A DNA stretch of 54,838 nucleotides from Candidatus Woesearchaeota archaeon (GCA_018303365.1 JAGVYI010000021.1:1-54838); one strand, 5' to 3'; counted from the first letter of the stretch, positions 8,185-18,033 are shown. A program made the numbers and translations. The notes: generated by a model not told the origin, from the sequence alone.

Positions 8185-9637
8185 TTTTCTGCACTTTTTT
8201 TAGCGTGTATTGGAGGGGGTTTTTTATTGTCCTGCACCAATTGTCCGGATTACACACCCCGAACTCCAAGTAATACGCCTTGTTTGCGCAGTTGGGGGGT
8301 GGGATTTTTTCTTTTTGTCTTCTATGCCAGCTTTGCTGTGCCCTGATGTATCCTTCCCTAAGAGGCTCACTATTTTTTTTATTCCATTCTTCCAGCTTTT
8401 CCTGTATTTCGTTGTCTTTCCATCCCAGACCTTTAAAAAAGTTGATAAGAATAAATACAGATCTTTTTTTCCCGTCTTTTTGTATTCCTTCAAGTATTTT
8501 CCTGATGCATGGTGGAAACTGCTTTTCATCTTTTATTGCTATTTTTGGAACTTCAAATTCCTTTTGGGGATTTTCATCCTTTTCTTCAACAAACTTGGGA
8601 TTATAATCAAATGCCTGGATGATGAGCCTGTCTGCTTCACCAGATGTTGCTTTAGCTGCATCAAGAAATTTGAATCTAGATATGATTACCTTTTCAGGCT
8701 GGGCCTTTGTCTTGTTAAATTCTTCTATCCTATCGAGGTTTATCGGTATTGAGACAAGCCCTGATTTTTCATGCAAGCTATATACACTCCTATATAAATG
8801 GCGCTGGCTTATAAGCAACGTGTCGATTGCAAGGTCTATCTTCTCTTTGAACTTGACGCCTTCACATGCGCTACATCTCTCGTTTATTTCACCTATTTTT
8901 TGCATTAATTTTCCACAATGTGGGCATGTTATATAATTCTCACTGCTTTTTTCCTCCTTTCTACACCATTTGCAGATAAAGGCCTGGTTTTTTTCTTCCT
9001 CTTTCTTTTGCCTACCGCAATCTATACAGATAACTTTAACATATCCTTTTGTATCTTCTCCGTTTCCTTCAAGTATCCTCTTTATTTCCTCGGTTATGTT
9101 ATACTTTTCCTGAATGTAACCTTCAAGGTACATTACAATCCTCTTGATTCCTTCTGGAAATAGGTTACGCAATGGTTTGCTGTTTATTGTGAGGTCTTTT
9201 GAGAATGCTTCGTAAGGCACCCCTATATGAAATCCTTTATTACCCGAGAATTTTATGCTTATTGCCTTTATACCATGGTCTTTGATTGCCCTGACCATCT
9301 GCTTTGCCACATGCTTTGCCACATCCCATACTTCAAAGTCAATATCAACTATCAAGTCCCATCCTGACCTAATCCTTTCTAATTCTCTTTTTGTCATTCC
9401 TGCAGCAAGTTCCAAAGGATTTAGCCAATGCTCTTCTGATACGTGAATGGATGTTGCGCCTTGTCTTGCCAGCTCAAGAATGTCCCCTTCAAATTGTAAT
9501 ATATCCGGCCTTCTTCCAAAGCCTTTTTCCGCATATTTTGCTGCTACTTCCCTTCCCCGGGTTGTTCTTAGAATTTCTCTTTGAATGTCCTTTCTAGTGT
9601 AAAACGCCCATGCTTTTGTTTCATTTTTCTCTTTCAT
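8162..9637 (-). CDS. priSL: DNA primase, fused small (PriS) + large (PriL Fe-S) subunit, with Zn-ribbon insertion
   Basis: PriS motifs GWDLIVDID, KFSGNKGFHI and RSVYSLHEKSGL; PriL C-terminal FPPCI..PPPNC..CNPDNWC..KNPLQY; four CxxC pairs inserted. Confidence 0.9.
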   Translation of the reverse strand: MKEKNETKAWAFYTRKDIQREILRTTRGREVAAKYAEKGFGRRPDILQFEGDILELARQGATSIHVSEEHWLNPLELAAGMTKRELERIRSGWDLIVDIDFEVWDVAKHVAKQMVRAIKDHGIKAISIKFSGNKGFHIGVPYEAFSKDLTINSKPLRNLFPEGIKRIVMYLEGYIQEKYNITEEIKRILEGNGEDTKGYVKVICIDCGRQKKEEEKNQAFICKWCRKEEKSSENYITCPHCGKLMQKIGEINERCSACEGVKFKEKIDLAIDTLLISQRHLYRSVYSLHEKSGLVSIPINLDRIEEFNKTKAQPEKVIISRFKFLDAAKATSGEADRLIIQAFDYNPKFVEEKDENPQKEFEVPKIAIKDEKQFPPCIRKILEGIQKDGKKRSVFILINFFKGLGWKDNEIQEKLEEWNKKNSEPLREGYIRAQQSWHRRQKEKIPPPNCANKAYYLEFGVCNPDNWCRTIKNPLQYTLKKVQKTKKSQAR

Positions 9638-10034
9638 CCTCTTCTTGCAGTCCTCTTTGAAGGGTTATAGCTTTTTCTATTCTCTTTTTTATCTCACTTT
9701 CTATTTCTTCCAGGCTATTTCTCACTTCTTTTTCATGCTTTGCTATGCTTTCCTTTGTTTCTTTATGGGTTTTTTCTATGATGATATCTGCTCCAACATT
9801 TACAAAGTACTTGTCTGATTTTCCTAGCTTCGCCCTTGTAAATATCCCTTGCCCTACCGCTACGAGGCTGTCCTCTTCTTTTTGTCTTTGCAGGTCTTCG
9901 ATATTTTGCGCCAAGGTTATAAGTTCAGTTATTTGATGCTTCATCTGATCTTTGTGCTGCTCTAATAGCTCCAATTCCTTTCCGATTGCCTGAAGATCTG
10001 CATACTCTTCACGCTTTTTTTCTGTCTCTTCCAT
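9621..10034 (-). CDS. pfdA: Prefoldin subunit alpha
   Basis: Coiled coils flanking SLVAVGQGIFTRAKL..YFVNVGADIIIEK beta-hairpins. Confidence 0.88.
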   Translation of the reverse strand: MEETEKKREEYADLQAIGKELELLEQHKDQMKHQITELITLAQNIEDLQRQKEEDSLVAVGQGIFTRAKLGKSDKYFVNVGADIIIEKTHKETKESIAKHEKEVRNSLEEIESEIKKRIEKAITLQRGLQEEDEREK

Positions 10035-10335
10035 TTTTGTCCTGTTTTTTTCCTCTGTTTTTTTCCGGTTTTTGTGTTTTCTGCTTCTCCTTTTTCACCT
10101 TCTTTTTTATTGGAATCCCTTCTTTTTTGAGAATTTCCTGCACCTTTTGTGTTGTTGTGTCTTTTCCTATTTCATATTTTTTTTCAAGAGGCTCAACGTG
10201 TTTTCGGTTGGTTTTTCTTCTTCTTGTATTTCCATCAATCAGTATTCTATCCTTACCCAACACTTCCAAGATGATTCCGTACTCCCCTTTATCCCGCCCT
10301 GCAATTTTCTTACACAATCTTCCTTTTTCAAACAT
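10009..10335 (-). CDS. rpl14e: 50S ribosomal protein L14e
   Basis: GRLCKKIAGRDKG..ILIDG..RRRKTNRKHVEP. Confidence 0.92.
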   Translation of the reverse strand: MFEKGRLCKKIAGRDKGEYGIILEVLGKDRILIDGNTRRRKTNRKHVEPLEKKYEIGKDTTTQKVQEILKKEGIPIKKKVKKEKQKTQKPEKNRGKKQDKNGRDRKKA

Positions 10336-10348
10336 TTTCCCCCCTTTG

Positions 10349-10783
10349 TCAGTGAACTTTAAGGACTTTTCTTATTATTATACTAAATAATACTGAGGCC
10401 ACAAGGTATACGATTATCCAATTTAGTGGCCCTATCAGTGGTCCCAAAGGGGAATAAGCCCCCCTTAACCAGTTAAAGACAATTAAAAATGGAATAAAGG
10501 TTACCAGTAACGGCTTGAAGCTGTGGGTTAGATACTGGAGGTTTTTCTCCATAGCTTTTTTCTGTAGGTCTAACCTCTCCTGGTTGTCTTTGGATTCCTT
10601 CATCATTTTTTGGTGTTCTTTTAGCTCTTCTTTGAGAGACTTCATCTTTTCCTGATCTGTTAACCATTTATAGGCTAAACTTGAGAGCAAGGTTAATATG
10701 AAGGCAACCAGTACAAGGCCCCCTAATGGAGACGCTTCAATTACCTTCCCGAAAATTGTATTAAAGAACCCTTCAAGTACCAC
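10349..10783 (-). CDS. DUF106 / EMC3-TMCO1 (Oxa1 superfamily) membrane insertase
   Basis: TM, coiled coil, FKPLLVTFIP, WIIVYL architecture; conserved position after secY; GTG start. Confidence 0.85.
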   Translation of the reverse strand: MVLEGFFNTIFGKVIEASPLGGLVLVAFILTLLSSLAYKWLTDQEKMKSLKEELKEHQKMMKESKDNQERLDLQKKAMEKNLQYLTHSFKPLLVTFIPFLIVFNWLRGAYSPLGPLIGPLNWIIVYLVASVLFSIIIRKVLKVH

Positions 10784-12238
10784 TTATTTCCCCCCTGCTA
10801 TTACTTTTCTTAGCGAGGGATGCATATCCATCATATGGTCTTTCGCTATTTCTTCATATAGCTTGTAGATTATCATAACAGCAAGCAGTATTCCTGTTCC
10901 TCTTGACAGGGCACCAAGAACGTCTGCTGTTGCTGCAAGCAGCCCTACCGTGGCCCCTCCCATTATCGTGAGTGGAAATATATATCTTGAAAGGATCTGC
11001 TCTATTACCCTTGGATCTCTTCTAAACCCGGGTACTTGCAATCCAGAGGCCATAATCTGCTCTGCCTGCGACCTTGCATCCATTCCTGATGTCTGTACCC
11101 AAAATATTGAGAAGATAGTTGATCCTATGATTAATATAAAGGTATATACTGCCGCCTGCCCGACTGCCCCAAATGGAAACAGCCCAGATCTTATGCCTAT
11201 AAATATTTCCTGAATAAGATTTGGGGGGTTTAGGTAAAACGCAAGGCCAGAAACCGGTACTTGCCCGACAAATTGGCCAAGGATTTTCTGGGAAAAGAAT
11301 GCCAATAGTCCTGCCTCTCCTGCCCTATTTTGTACCAGCTGTGCAAGAAGCTGGAAATTTGCAAGAAGCGCTGCTATAAGTATGACAGGGATGTTTGAAG
11401 TGTACATAAAATTGAGGGGCCACCTAATTCCATGCCCCCTTATCCTTCCAAACGAGAGGGGAATCTCTACTTTCATTGCTTGAGCGTAAACCGCTATTAC
11501 AAAGACGAGGATTGTTGCAAGTATTGCTGCAAGTGCCAAGAATCCAGTATCCAGCTGCCTTGAAAAAATAGCTCCGATAAGCGCCCAAACCCTTCCTACG
11601 GGGTCTGCTCCTGCACCAAGGGCTATTGTTCCTGTTGAACTTAGTGGAGAGAATGCCCTTACAAATATCTCTGTAGAGACCTGGGCTGCAATGAAAAGGG
11701 ATATTCCAGACCCGAATCCCCATTTATTTATCACTTCGTCCATATAGAGCACAATTATACCACCTAAAAACAGCTGGAAGACAATGAACCATTGCATGAG
11801 TACAAACTGAGATGGTGGAAGCGCTGCTGATGGAGCGAGGCTTCCAATAAAGACAAAGACCACTGCTTCAAATATTATGAAAAATATTGCCAGTATCTTT
11901 TGCACTCCTTGGAAAAATGCCCTTCCCTCTGGAGTTTTGGTGTCAAATTTTACTATCCCTGAACCATTTAGGAGTTGCAATACTATAGATGCTGTAACGA
12001 TAGGTCCTATTCCAAGCGAGAGTATTGTTCCAAAACTTGCTGCCAGAATAATCTGGAACTGCGCAAACTGGTTTTCAAAAGCTGAGGACAGTCCAAAAAG
12101 GCTTATGTTTGAAAGTATAAAAAAACCCGTGAGAATTATGAGCGTCCACTTGAGTTTTTCTTTAAATGAGAGTCTTTTCTGCTCCGGACCTTTTACTTCA
12201 GGAAGACTCGTTATTATCTTTTTGAGTAGTTCTTTCAT
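10784..12238 (-). CDS. secY: Preprotein translocase subunit SecY
   Basis: LSFKEKLKWT, LGIGPIVTASIVLQLL, KWGFGSGISLFI, YTSNIPVIL, PGFRRDPR, GTGILLAV. Confidence 0.98.
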   Translation of the reverse strand: MKELLKKIITSLPEVKGPEQKRLSFKEKLKWTLIILTGFFILSNISLFGLSSAFENQFAQFQIILAASFGTILSLGIGPIVTASIVLQLLNGSGIVKFDTKTPEGRAFFQGVQKILAIFFIIFEAVVFVFIGSLAPSAALPPSQFVLMQWFIVFQLFLGGIIVLYMDEVINKWGFGSGISLFIAAQVSTEIFVRAFSPLSSTGTIALGAGADPVGRVWALIGAIFSRQLDTGFLALAAILATILVFVIAVYAQAMKVEIPLSFGRIRGHGIRWPLNFMYTSNIPVILIAALLANFQLLAQLVQNRAGEAGLLAFFSQKILGQFVGQVPVSGLAFYLNPPNLIQEIFIGIRSGLFPFGAVGQAAVYTFILIIGSTIFSIFWVQTSGMDARSQAEQIMASGLQVPGFRRDPRVIEQILSRYIFPLTIMGGATVGLLAATADVLGALSRGTGILLAVMIIYKLYEEIAKDHMMDMHPSLRKVIAGGK

Positions 12239-12638
12239 TTGCCTTTTGCTCTTTTACTTGACCACCTTTTTTTTCAATTTTCTCTACTGCCTTTTTTGTA
12301 ACTTTTTCTACGATTATACTCAACTTTTCTTTTACTTCTCCTTTCCCTAGAAGTTTTGTGTACCCTTTCTCTATGAGATTTATCTGGTTTGTTTGGAAGC
12401 TCTTCAATTCCCCCACGTTTATCGCTTTTTCATATTTCTTATTTTTCTTGACAAAACCCCTTTTTCCAAAATAAGTTTCTTCCAAGCGCAAGATTGTAGG
12501 TTTTTTCTGATCTGCTCTTTTTCCAGATCCAGCCATTCCTCTTCCTCCACGGTTTCCTGCTCCCCTGTGCTTTTTCTTACTCCCCCAACCGTGAGTCTTG
12601 TGACCCCTTTGCTTTGTCACCTTTTTCTTTTTCTGCAT
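12198..12638 (-). CDS. rpl15: 50S ribosomal protein L15
   Basis: RGHKTHGWGSKKKHRGAGNRGGRGMAG; KLLGKG. Confidence 0.96.
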   Translation of the reverse strand: MQKKKKVTKQRGHKTHGWGSKKKHRGAGNRGGRGMAGSGKRADQKKPTILRLEETYFGKRGFVKKNKKYEKAINVGELKSFQTNQINLIEKGYTKLLGKGEVKEKLSIIVEKVTKKAVEKIEKKGGQVKEQKANERTTQKDNNESS

Positions 12639-12639
12639 T

Positions 12640-13116
12640 TTAGAGCATCCTCATAATCAATTCATTGATTTTATCCTTTCTGTATCCAAGCACTCCTCCG
12701 ACGGCATACGTTTTTTTGATTCCCTTTCTTTCGAATCCTTTTTCAGGAGGCCTGAGTCTGAAGAATCTCTTTAAACCAGGGATGTCCTTCAATTCTTTTT
12801 TACCTTCGAAATATTCTTTCGTAAACCCGTCTATTGTTGTCTTGGTCTTCTCCTCAAGATATTTTTCTGTTAGTGACTTACTTCCTGGGAGCTTTCCTCT
12901 TTTTTTTAGCAGCTCTGTAAACGTTTTTTCATTAATCTCCCCCCACGTCACATAATCTTTTACTTTTTTTATCATCCCATGTGCTGCTTTTGCGTTTGGC
13001 ACTACTGTACATGTGTTTTTATTAAATAATCTTAACATTCGCATTGTCCCTTCTATCTCTTTTCTTACGTTTATTTTTCCCCTTATCCTAACTATTGCTA
13101 TTTTTATGTTTGTCAT
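12640..13116 (-). CDS. rpl30: 50S ribosomal protein L30
   Basis: IAIVRIRG, KVKDYVTWGEI, FFRLRPP, GYRKDKINELIMRML. Confidence 0.96.
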   Translation of the reverse strand: MTNIKIAIVRIRGKINVRKEIEGTMRMLRLFNKNTCTVVPNAKAAHGMIKKVKDYVTWGEINEKTFTELLKKRGKLPGSKSLTEKYLEEKTKTTIDGFTKEYFEGKKELKDIPGLKRFFRLRPPEKGFERKGIKKTYAVGGVLGYRKDKINELIMRML

Positions 13117-13816
13117 CCTTGATTTTCTCTTCTTCTCCCACTTTCATTTCAGTCAGCTTTTTTAGAGCATCAAAACAAGCATAAATAAGATTTATTTTTG
13201 TCCCTGTTTTTCCCCTTGTTTTGGAGTAGATGTCCTTGATACCTGCTAGTTCAAGCATTTTTGCGCACTCTCCTTCTACTCTTAGACCGGTTCCCTTTGG
13301 GGCAGGCATGAGTTTTACCCTTACAGAACCACACTTTCCCTCTACCCTGAAGGGGATTGAATGTGGTTCATTAATATTTGATTCCCATGAGCCTGAGCCT
13401 CTTTTGACTTTTATTATGTCCAGTTTTGCCCTTCTTGTAGCTTTCTCTCTTGCAGGCACAGTTTCCTTTGCTTTTCCCTTTCCAATACCAACGTATCCGT
13501 GCCTATTCCCTACAACAACTATTGCAGAGAATTTTGGCTTATTCCCCTCTTTTGTCTTTTTCTGTGTCTGTTTCCAAATACTACTTTTTCCTCCACCGAA
13601 CTTTCCTTTTGACTGTCCACTTCTAAAGATATCCACTTCCATATCTGGCATAAGGCTTTCTGTAATCTCTGGCTCAAGTATCCGCATTCCCCTTCCTACG
13701 ACTTCTTCAATATCAGTTATTTCTCCTGCTTTTACCCTCTTTCCAAGGTCAGTTTTTGGTTTCCAAGCTGTCCCTTCTTCTTTTACTTCTTCTTTCTCAG
13801 TTTGTTTTTCTTCCAT
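13088..13816 (-). CDS. rps5: 30S ribosomal protein S5
   Basis: WKPKTDLGK, VVVGNRHGYVGIG, HSIPFRVEGKCGSV, PAPKGTGL. Confidence 0.97.
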   Translation of the reverse strand: MEEKQTEKEEVKEEGTAWKPKTDLGKRVKAGEITDIEEVVGRGMRILEPEITESLMPDMEVDIFRSGQSKGKFGGGKSSIWKQTQKKTKEGNKPKFSAIVVVGNRHGYVGIGKGKAKETVPAREKATRRAKLDIIKVKRGSGSWESNINEPHSIPFRVEGKCGSVRVKLMPAPKGTGLRVEGECAKMLELAGIKDIYSKTRGKTGTKINLIYACFDALKKLTEMKVGEEEKIKDDKHKNSNS

Positions 13817-13819
13817 TTT

Positions 13820-14332
13820 TTAACTTCCAGTGATTTTGCTTTTTACTTCTTCATAAATCTTTTCCATTGCTACATGTGCAGATTTTGTGTAGGTCGTCTT
13901 TGTGTTTTTTTGAATATGTTCACCTCTTATTCTAGTTTCATCTGGGAATGCTTTTTCATCTGCCGTAATTTCAAGGCCCGCATCCTTTGCTCCCTTCACA
14001 ACTGCAAATACAACCCCCTTTTTTACAGGGGTTCTTCTTCCAATGTCTACCACCACCTTTGTTATCTTCTTTTCCTTTGATTTTTTTGCAATCAGGCTTC
14101 CAAGGAGATAGCCTGCCGGAATATTTCTCGTTGCCCCGGTCCATCCAAATTCTTTTAGCTCTCCTGTTGAAGCGCTTGTTATTACCTTGTCCCCTCCTTT
14201 ATTGTATTCTACTACTTGGGACATAATTTTTTTATTTGACGCTCTTATGACTAGACGGGCTGCGCCTGATTTTAGCAGCTCCAAACGTTTCTTGTAGTCA
14301 GTTTTTCCCTGCCTTTTTCTTTTCTGCATCAT
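13820..14332 (-). CDS. rpl18: 50S ribosomal protein L18
   Basis: RQGKTDYKKRLELLKS..RLVIR; NIPAGYLLG; GAKDAGL. Confidence 0.96.
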   Translation of the reverse strand: MMQKRKRQGKTDYKKRLELLKSGAARLVIRASNKKIMSQVVEYNKGGDKVITSASTGELKEFGWTGATRNIPAGYLLGSLIAKKSKEKKITKVVVDIGRRTPVKKGVVFAVVKGAKDAGLEITADEKAFPDETRIRGEHIQKNTKTTYTKSAHVAMEKIYEEVKSKITGS

Positions 14333-14786
14333 TTTCTTTCTTTTTTATTAGACCCTTCTCTTCAATATAGATTTTAATGTGCCTTTTGTTTCTAAAGAAC
14401 CCACCCTTAACCTTAGTATAGAGTTCTTTGAAATCCTCCCTTGCAATCATCCCTTTTTCCTTGAGCTTTCTTAGTAATTCTCTTTGTACCCTTACTTTTT
14501 GCATCCACATTCTCTTTCTTGGAAGGCGACTCGTTTTCCTTCCTTTCCTAGACCCAGCCCCCTTTTTCCTCCCTTTTCTTTTTTGCTGGAGGCTCTTTCT
14601 TTTTCTACCCCTTGAATTTTTCTTTTCAGGCATCTTTTTAATAGCTTTTTTTGCAATTAGCGACCTCACGTCCGCCTTTGTTATTGCTTCTTTTACATCC
14701 TGCAATTTATCATTATCAAATAATACCCTTGACTGTCCTACTTTAAGGACTTGTGCAGCTATTCTTCTTTGGGTTGTTAATTTCAT
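14298..14786 (-). CDS. rpl19e: 50S ribosomal protein L19e
   Basis: LTTQRRIAAQVLKVGQSRV; AITKADVRSLI; GSRKG; KGGFFRNKRH. Confidence 0.97.
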   Translation of the reverse strand: MKLTTQRRIAAQVLKVGQSRVLFDNDKLQDVKEAITKADVRSLIAKKAIKKMPEKKNSRGRKRKSLQQKRKGRKKGAGSRKGRKTSRLPRKRMWMQKVRVQRELLRKLKEKGMIAREDFKELYTKVKGGFFRNKRHIKIYIEEKGLIKKKENDAEKKKAGKN

Positions 14787-15313
14787 TTTGTCTTCTTTTC
14801 AAGCACTTTTCTCTTTTCTTCCTTCTCTTTTTTTTCTTTGTCTTCTTTTAACTCCTCTTTTGCCTTCTCTTCTTTCTCTTGTTTATTCGCTTCTTCTTTC
14901 TTTTCTTCTTTCCTCTTCCTTTTTTCCTTATTTTTCTTACGTTCTTCTTCTTCTCTCTCGATAAAGGCTTTTGTGTCTTTTATTCCGAGAATTGTCAGAT
15001 CTTTTTTTCCTGCTTCTTTTATTATTTGTATCTTCTTTTTTAATCCAACCTTCCCGCTAAGGTATATTACTCGTCCCTTCTCTACCATTCCCAATTCCTT
15101 TATCGAACTTATTCTTGCCGGCTTTTTTTCTACGGGCTTCTTTTTACTTCCATATCCGATAGATGGAATGTTTCTTTTTCCCCTGCCAGTCCTTCGCAAT
15201 TTTGAATGAATTCCTTTGGGCTTTCTCCATACATTCTTTAACTTCTTCTTTTTGTATATGTCCTGTCTTAAGAATACCGGTTTCTTTTTTGTTTTCTCTG
15301 CTATCTGTTTCAT
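14783..15313 (-). CDS. rpl32e: 50S ribosomal protein L32e with K/E-rich C-terminal tail
   Basis: KPVFLRQD..WRKPKGIHSKLR..PSIGYG. Confidence 0.95.
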   Translation of the reverse strand: MKQIAEKTKKKPVFLRQDIYKKKKLKNVWRKPKGIHSKLRRTGRGKRNIPSIGYGSKKKPVEKKPARISSIKELGMVEKGRVIYLSGKVGLKKKIQIIKEAGKKDLTILGIKDTKAFIEREEEERKKNKEKRKRKEEKKEEANKQEKEEKAKEELKEDKEKKEKEEKRKVLEKKTK

Positions 15314-15834
15314 CTTTTCGCTCTTTTTACAATATATATCCCATCTTGGAACCTTCGCCTGTCAAAACCTGTTCTTTTTGTAGCTTTTTCTATATTTGCC
15401 GCTGTTTGCCCTACTTTTTCAATATCTTTCCCTTTTACAGTGACCATCGCTCCTTCTACCTTAACCTCTGTTCCAGCGATAACCTTTGCTCTTCGCGGTA
15501 CTTTCTCTCCAAGGTAGTTCTTTATGACTACACTATTCCCTTCTACACTTACCATCATTGGGAAGTGGCTTGAGCATATCTTTAGGCAAACTTCAAACCC
15601 ATTTGTTTCACCCTTTATCATATTCTGGATGTGTGCCTTGAACGTATAGAGCATCTTCTTCTCCCTTTTTGTTGCTCCATTTGCCATGATGGATATCTCA
15701 TCGTCTTTTCTTTGCAGCTTTACTCTTGGGTGCGCAAATCTCCTTTCTTGCTCACCTATTTTTACAACATTACCAACTACCTCATACTGAAGGTCTGCAG
15801 GCACTTTTACCTTTTCTGCGATTGTCTGTTTCAT
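15310..15834 (-). CDS. rpl6: 50S ribosomal protein L6
   Basis: AHIQNMIKG, SHFPM, KNYLGEKVPR, GQTAANIE, DRRRFQDGIYI. Confidence 0.97.
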   Translation of the reverse strand: MKQTIAEKVKVPADLQYEVVGNVVKIGEQERRFAHPRVKLQRKDDEISIMANGATKREKKMLYTFKAHIQNMIKGETNGFEVCLKICSSHFPMMVSVEGNSVVIKNYLGEKVPRRAKVIAGTEVKVEGAMVTVKGKDIEKVGQTAANIEKATKRTGFDRRRFQDGIYIVKRAKR

Positions 15835-15837
15835 CGT

Positions 15838-16227
15838 CTAGTACACATAAGAGATTAATTTCCCACCTATCTCTTTCTCCTTTGCTTTTTCATGGGTCAT
15901 AATCCCTTTTGATGTGCTTACTATGATGATTCCAAAATTCCTTGCAGGAAGGAACCTTTTTTCATATTTCTCGAAATTTTCTTTCTTGACTGAGAACCTT
16001 GGTTTGATTGTCCCTGTCTTGTTAATCCTTCCTCTAAGTGTTACCTTGGCTATACCTCCCTTTTTATCATCAATATACTCCACTTCTCCAAGATATCCTT
16101 CCTTTTGCATAATCTCAAATACACTTTTCGTTACTCTTGATATTTTTCTTACTATACATCCTTTTTTCCCTACCTTCTCTGCATTTTGGATGCAGCAGAG
16201 AGCATTTGCTAAAGTGTCGTTTAACAT
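15838..16227 (-). CDS. rps8: 30S ribosomal protein S8
   Basis: NDTLANAL, IKPRFSV, FLPARNFGIIIVSTSKGIMTH. Confidence 0.97.
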   Translation of the reverse strand: MLNDTLANALCCIQNAEKVGKKGCIVRKISRVTKSVFEIMQKEGYLGEVEYIDDKKGGIAKVTLRGRINKTGTIKPRFSVKKENFEKYEKRFLPARNFGIIIVSTSKGIMTHEKAKEKEIGGKLISYVY

Positions 16228-16228
16228 C

Positions 16229-16459
16229 TTAATTGTATTTTTTGAATCCTATTTTTGTTGCATTTAATCTGAAGCATCTGCGACAAAGGTGAATCCCATA
16301 TCGCCCTATAAAACCTCTTGCGCTTCCACAGTACCTACATTTTTTTGTGCTTTTTCCGAAGTTCCTTTTCTTTGGAGCATTGTGCTTTATGAATTTCTTC
16401 AACTTTGCTGGTTTTCTTTCAAGCTGTTTGAATACTTTGCTGTGATTGCTTGTTGTCAT
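16229..16459 (-). CDS. rps14: 30S ribosomal protein S14 (Zn-binding)
   Basis: CRYCG..YGIHLCRRCFR..GFKKY. Confidence 0.96.
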   Translation of the reverse strand: MTTSNHSKVFKQLERKPAKLKKFIKHNAPKKRNFGKSTKKCRYCGSARGFIGRYGIHLCRRCFRLNATKIGFKKYN

Positions 16460-16962
16460 GCCTGTTCACCAACCTTCACCTTGAACTTTTCTTGCATAAA
16501 CCTTATAGCTTCTTCTTTTGTTATCCTTTGTTTTTGCTTGATTCTCCTCTTTTGATTGTGCCTTCTTTTTATCCTAAACCCCATTCTTTCCAAAGTTACT
16601 GCCATTTCAAGCCCAATGATTCCTATTTGTGGATCATAGTCTACTCCCGGTACTTCAAGATATTCCTTTATCCCAAATGATACGTTGCCCTCTTTGTCGA
16701 ATTTACTTTCTTCAAGTTTGTTCTCTTTTGCAACAAGAATCCTTGCTAATACTTCCTCTGCCCTCTTTTTTCTAAGCGTTACTTTGCATCCTATTTTTAG
16801 CCCAGGTCTCACACCCCATGTCGGAATTCTCTTTTTTGCCTTTGTCTCGATAGGCTTTGATTCTGTGATTTTTGCCAAAAGTCTTTTTGCTTTCTCAAGT
16901 TTGTCCCCTGGCTCTCCAGTTCCGATATTCAATGTCAGCTTTTCTATTCTTACTTCTTTCAT
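16456..16962 (-). CDS. rpl5: 50S ribosomal protein L5
   Basis: IEKLTLNIG, IGCKVTLR, GNVSFGIKEY, YDPQIGIIG. Confidence 0.97.
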   Translation of the reverse strand: MKEVRIEKLTLNIGTGEPGDKLEKAKRLLAKITESKPIETKAKKRIPTWGVRPGLKIGCKVTLRKKRAEEVLARILVAKENKLEESKFDKEGNVSFGIKEYLEVPGVDYDPQIGIIGLEMAVTLERMGFRIKRRHNQKRRIKQKQRITKEEAIRFMQEKFKVKVGEQA

Positions 16963-17646
16963 TTATCCTTTCACCACAAAGACATATTTTTTGAGAGTTT
17001 CCATCTTTCCCTTCCCTGTCCCGCAAATTATCCTCTGCGGTTGTACGCCCTTTCTTTCTTTCATTTCTTCTACTTTAGTCGCTTCCCCTTTGTGCTTTCC
17101 TTCTATAATCCTTGCCGGAGCTTTCTTTTCTAATTTCAAATGCTCAACTATCCTCTTTTTTTCGAGGTCAAAGATGATTGAGTCTCCAACTTCATATTCG
17201 TCTTTTTCTACAAGGATATTCTTTCCATCATAAAGGTTGAGCTGGGTCTTTTTTTCCTTCAATAGTGTCTTTCCCATTATGCGGCAAGTCTTTTTTGTTG
17301 CTTCTTTTATGTCAACTTTTTTTGGGATTAACCTTCCTCTTGTGTCAAGGTCTATTACATAAGCTTCTTTTATCCTAGGTATTTCTATAACATCCATAAA
17401 CCCGATAGGGAATCTGTGGTCCTTTCTTGCTTTTTTGTCAACCATAACCTCTTTATGTGCGAGTATTTTCTTTACTTCTCTAGTTGTAGCTGCGTACTTT
17501 AGTATATCTTTGAGGAGTATGTTCAGGGTTATTGCCTTTCTTAAGCTGTGAGGTCCAGGTCTTGCTCTTGCTACAAATTCCTGTTCCTTTCTTTTGATTG
17601 GCCAATGTGCGGGTGTGTTGAGTCTTTTCAGGTGCCCTTTTGTCAC
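16963..17646 (-). CDS. rps4e: 30S ribosomal protein S4e
   Basis: HLKRLNTPAHWPIKRK, PGPH, FPIGFMDVI, QLNLYDGKNI; GTG start. Confidence 0.96.
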   Translation of the reverse strand: MTKGHLKRLNTPAHWPIKRKEQEFVARARPGPHSLRKAITLNILLKDILKYAATTREVKKILAHKEVMVDKKARKDHRFPIGFMDVIEIPRIKEAYVIDLDTRGRLIPKKVDIKEATKKTCRIMGKTLLKEKKTQLNLYDGKNILVEKDEYEVGDSIIFDLEKKRIVEHLKLEKKAPARIIEGKHKGEATKVEEMKERKGVQPQRIICGTGKGKMETLKKYVFVVKG

Positions 17647-18032
17647 TTTACTCCTCCAGATTTCTCTAACGCATTTTTCCTCTTCTGGTCATTTAACTCT
17701 AGCTCTATTATCTGTATTTTTGAAGGCTCCAATGACCTTTGTGTTCTTGTTCCGTCTTTTCTTACTTGCTCTATTCCTTCTACAAACACTTTACCTTTTG
17801 TGGTATCAACCTTCAGTACCTTTCCAGTTTTCTTCTTGTTTTCTCCGCGGAGAATCTTTACTTTATCCCCCTTTCTTACCAATGCACTTCTTCTTCTGTA
17901 CTTTTTTTGGAGTTCTTTTGTAAGGTTTACTGCTAGGAATTTTCTCTTGATGTGAAGCGGTGCGTTCTTCCTATATTTTCTCTGTTTTCCCGGTTGTTTG
18001 CTTGCCTTCCAGGTCTTTGACCATTCCCTCAT
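17643..18032 (-). CDS. rpl24: 50S ribosomal protein L24
   Basis: SKQPGKQRKY..APLH; VRKGDKVKILRG. Confidence 0.96.
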   Translation of the reverse strand: MREWSKTWKASKQPGKQRKYRKNAPLHIKRKFLAVNLTKELQKKYRRRSALVRKGDKVKILRGENKKKTGKVLKVDTTKGKVFVEGIEQVRKDGTRTQRSLEPSKIQIIELELNDQKRKNALEKSGGVK

Positions 18033-18033
18033 C

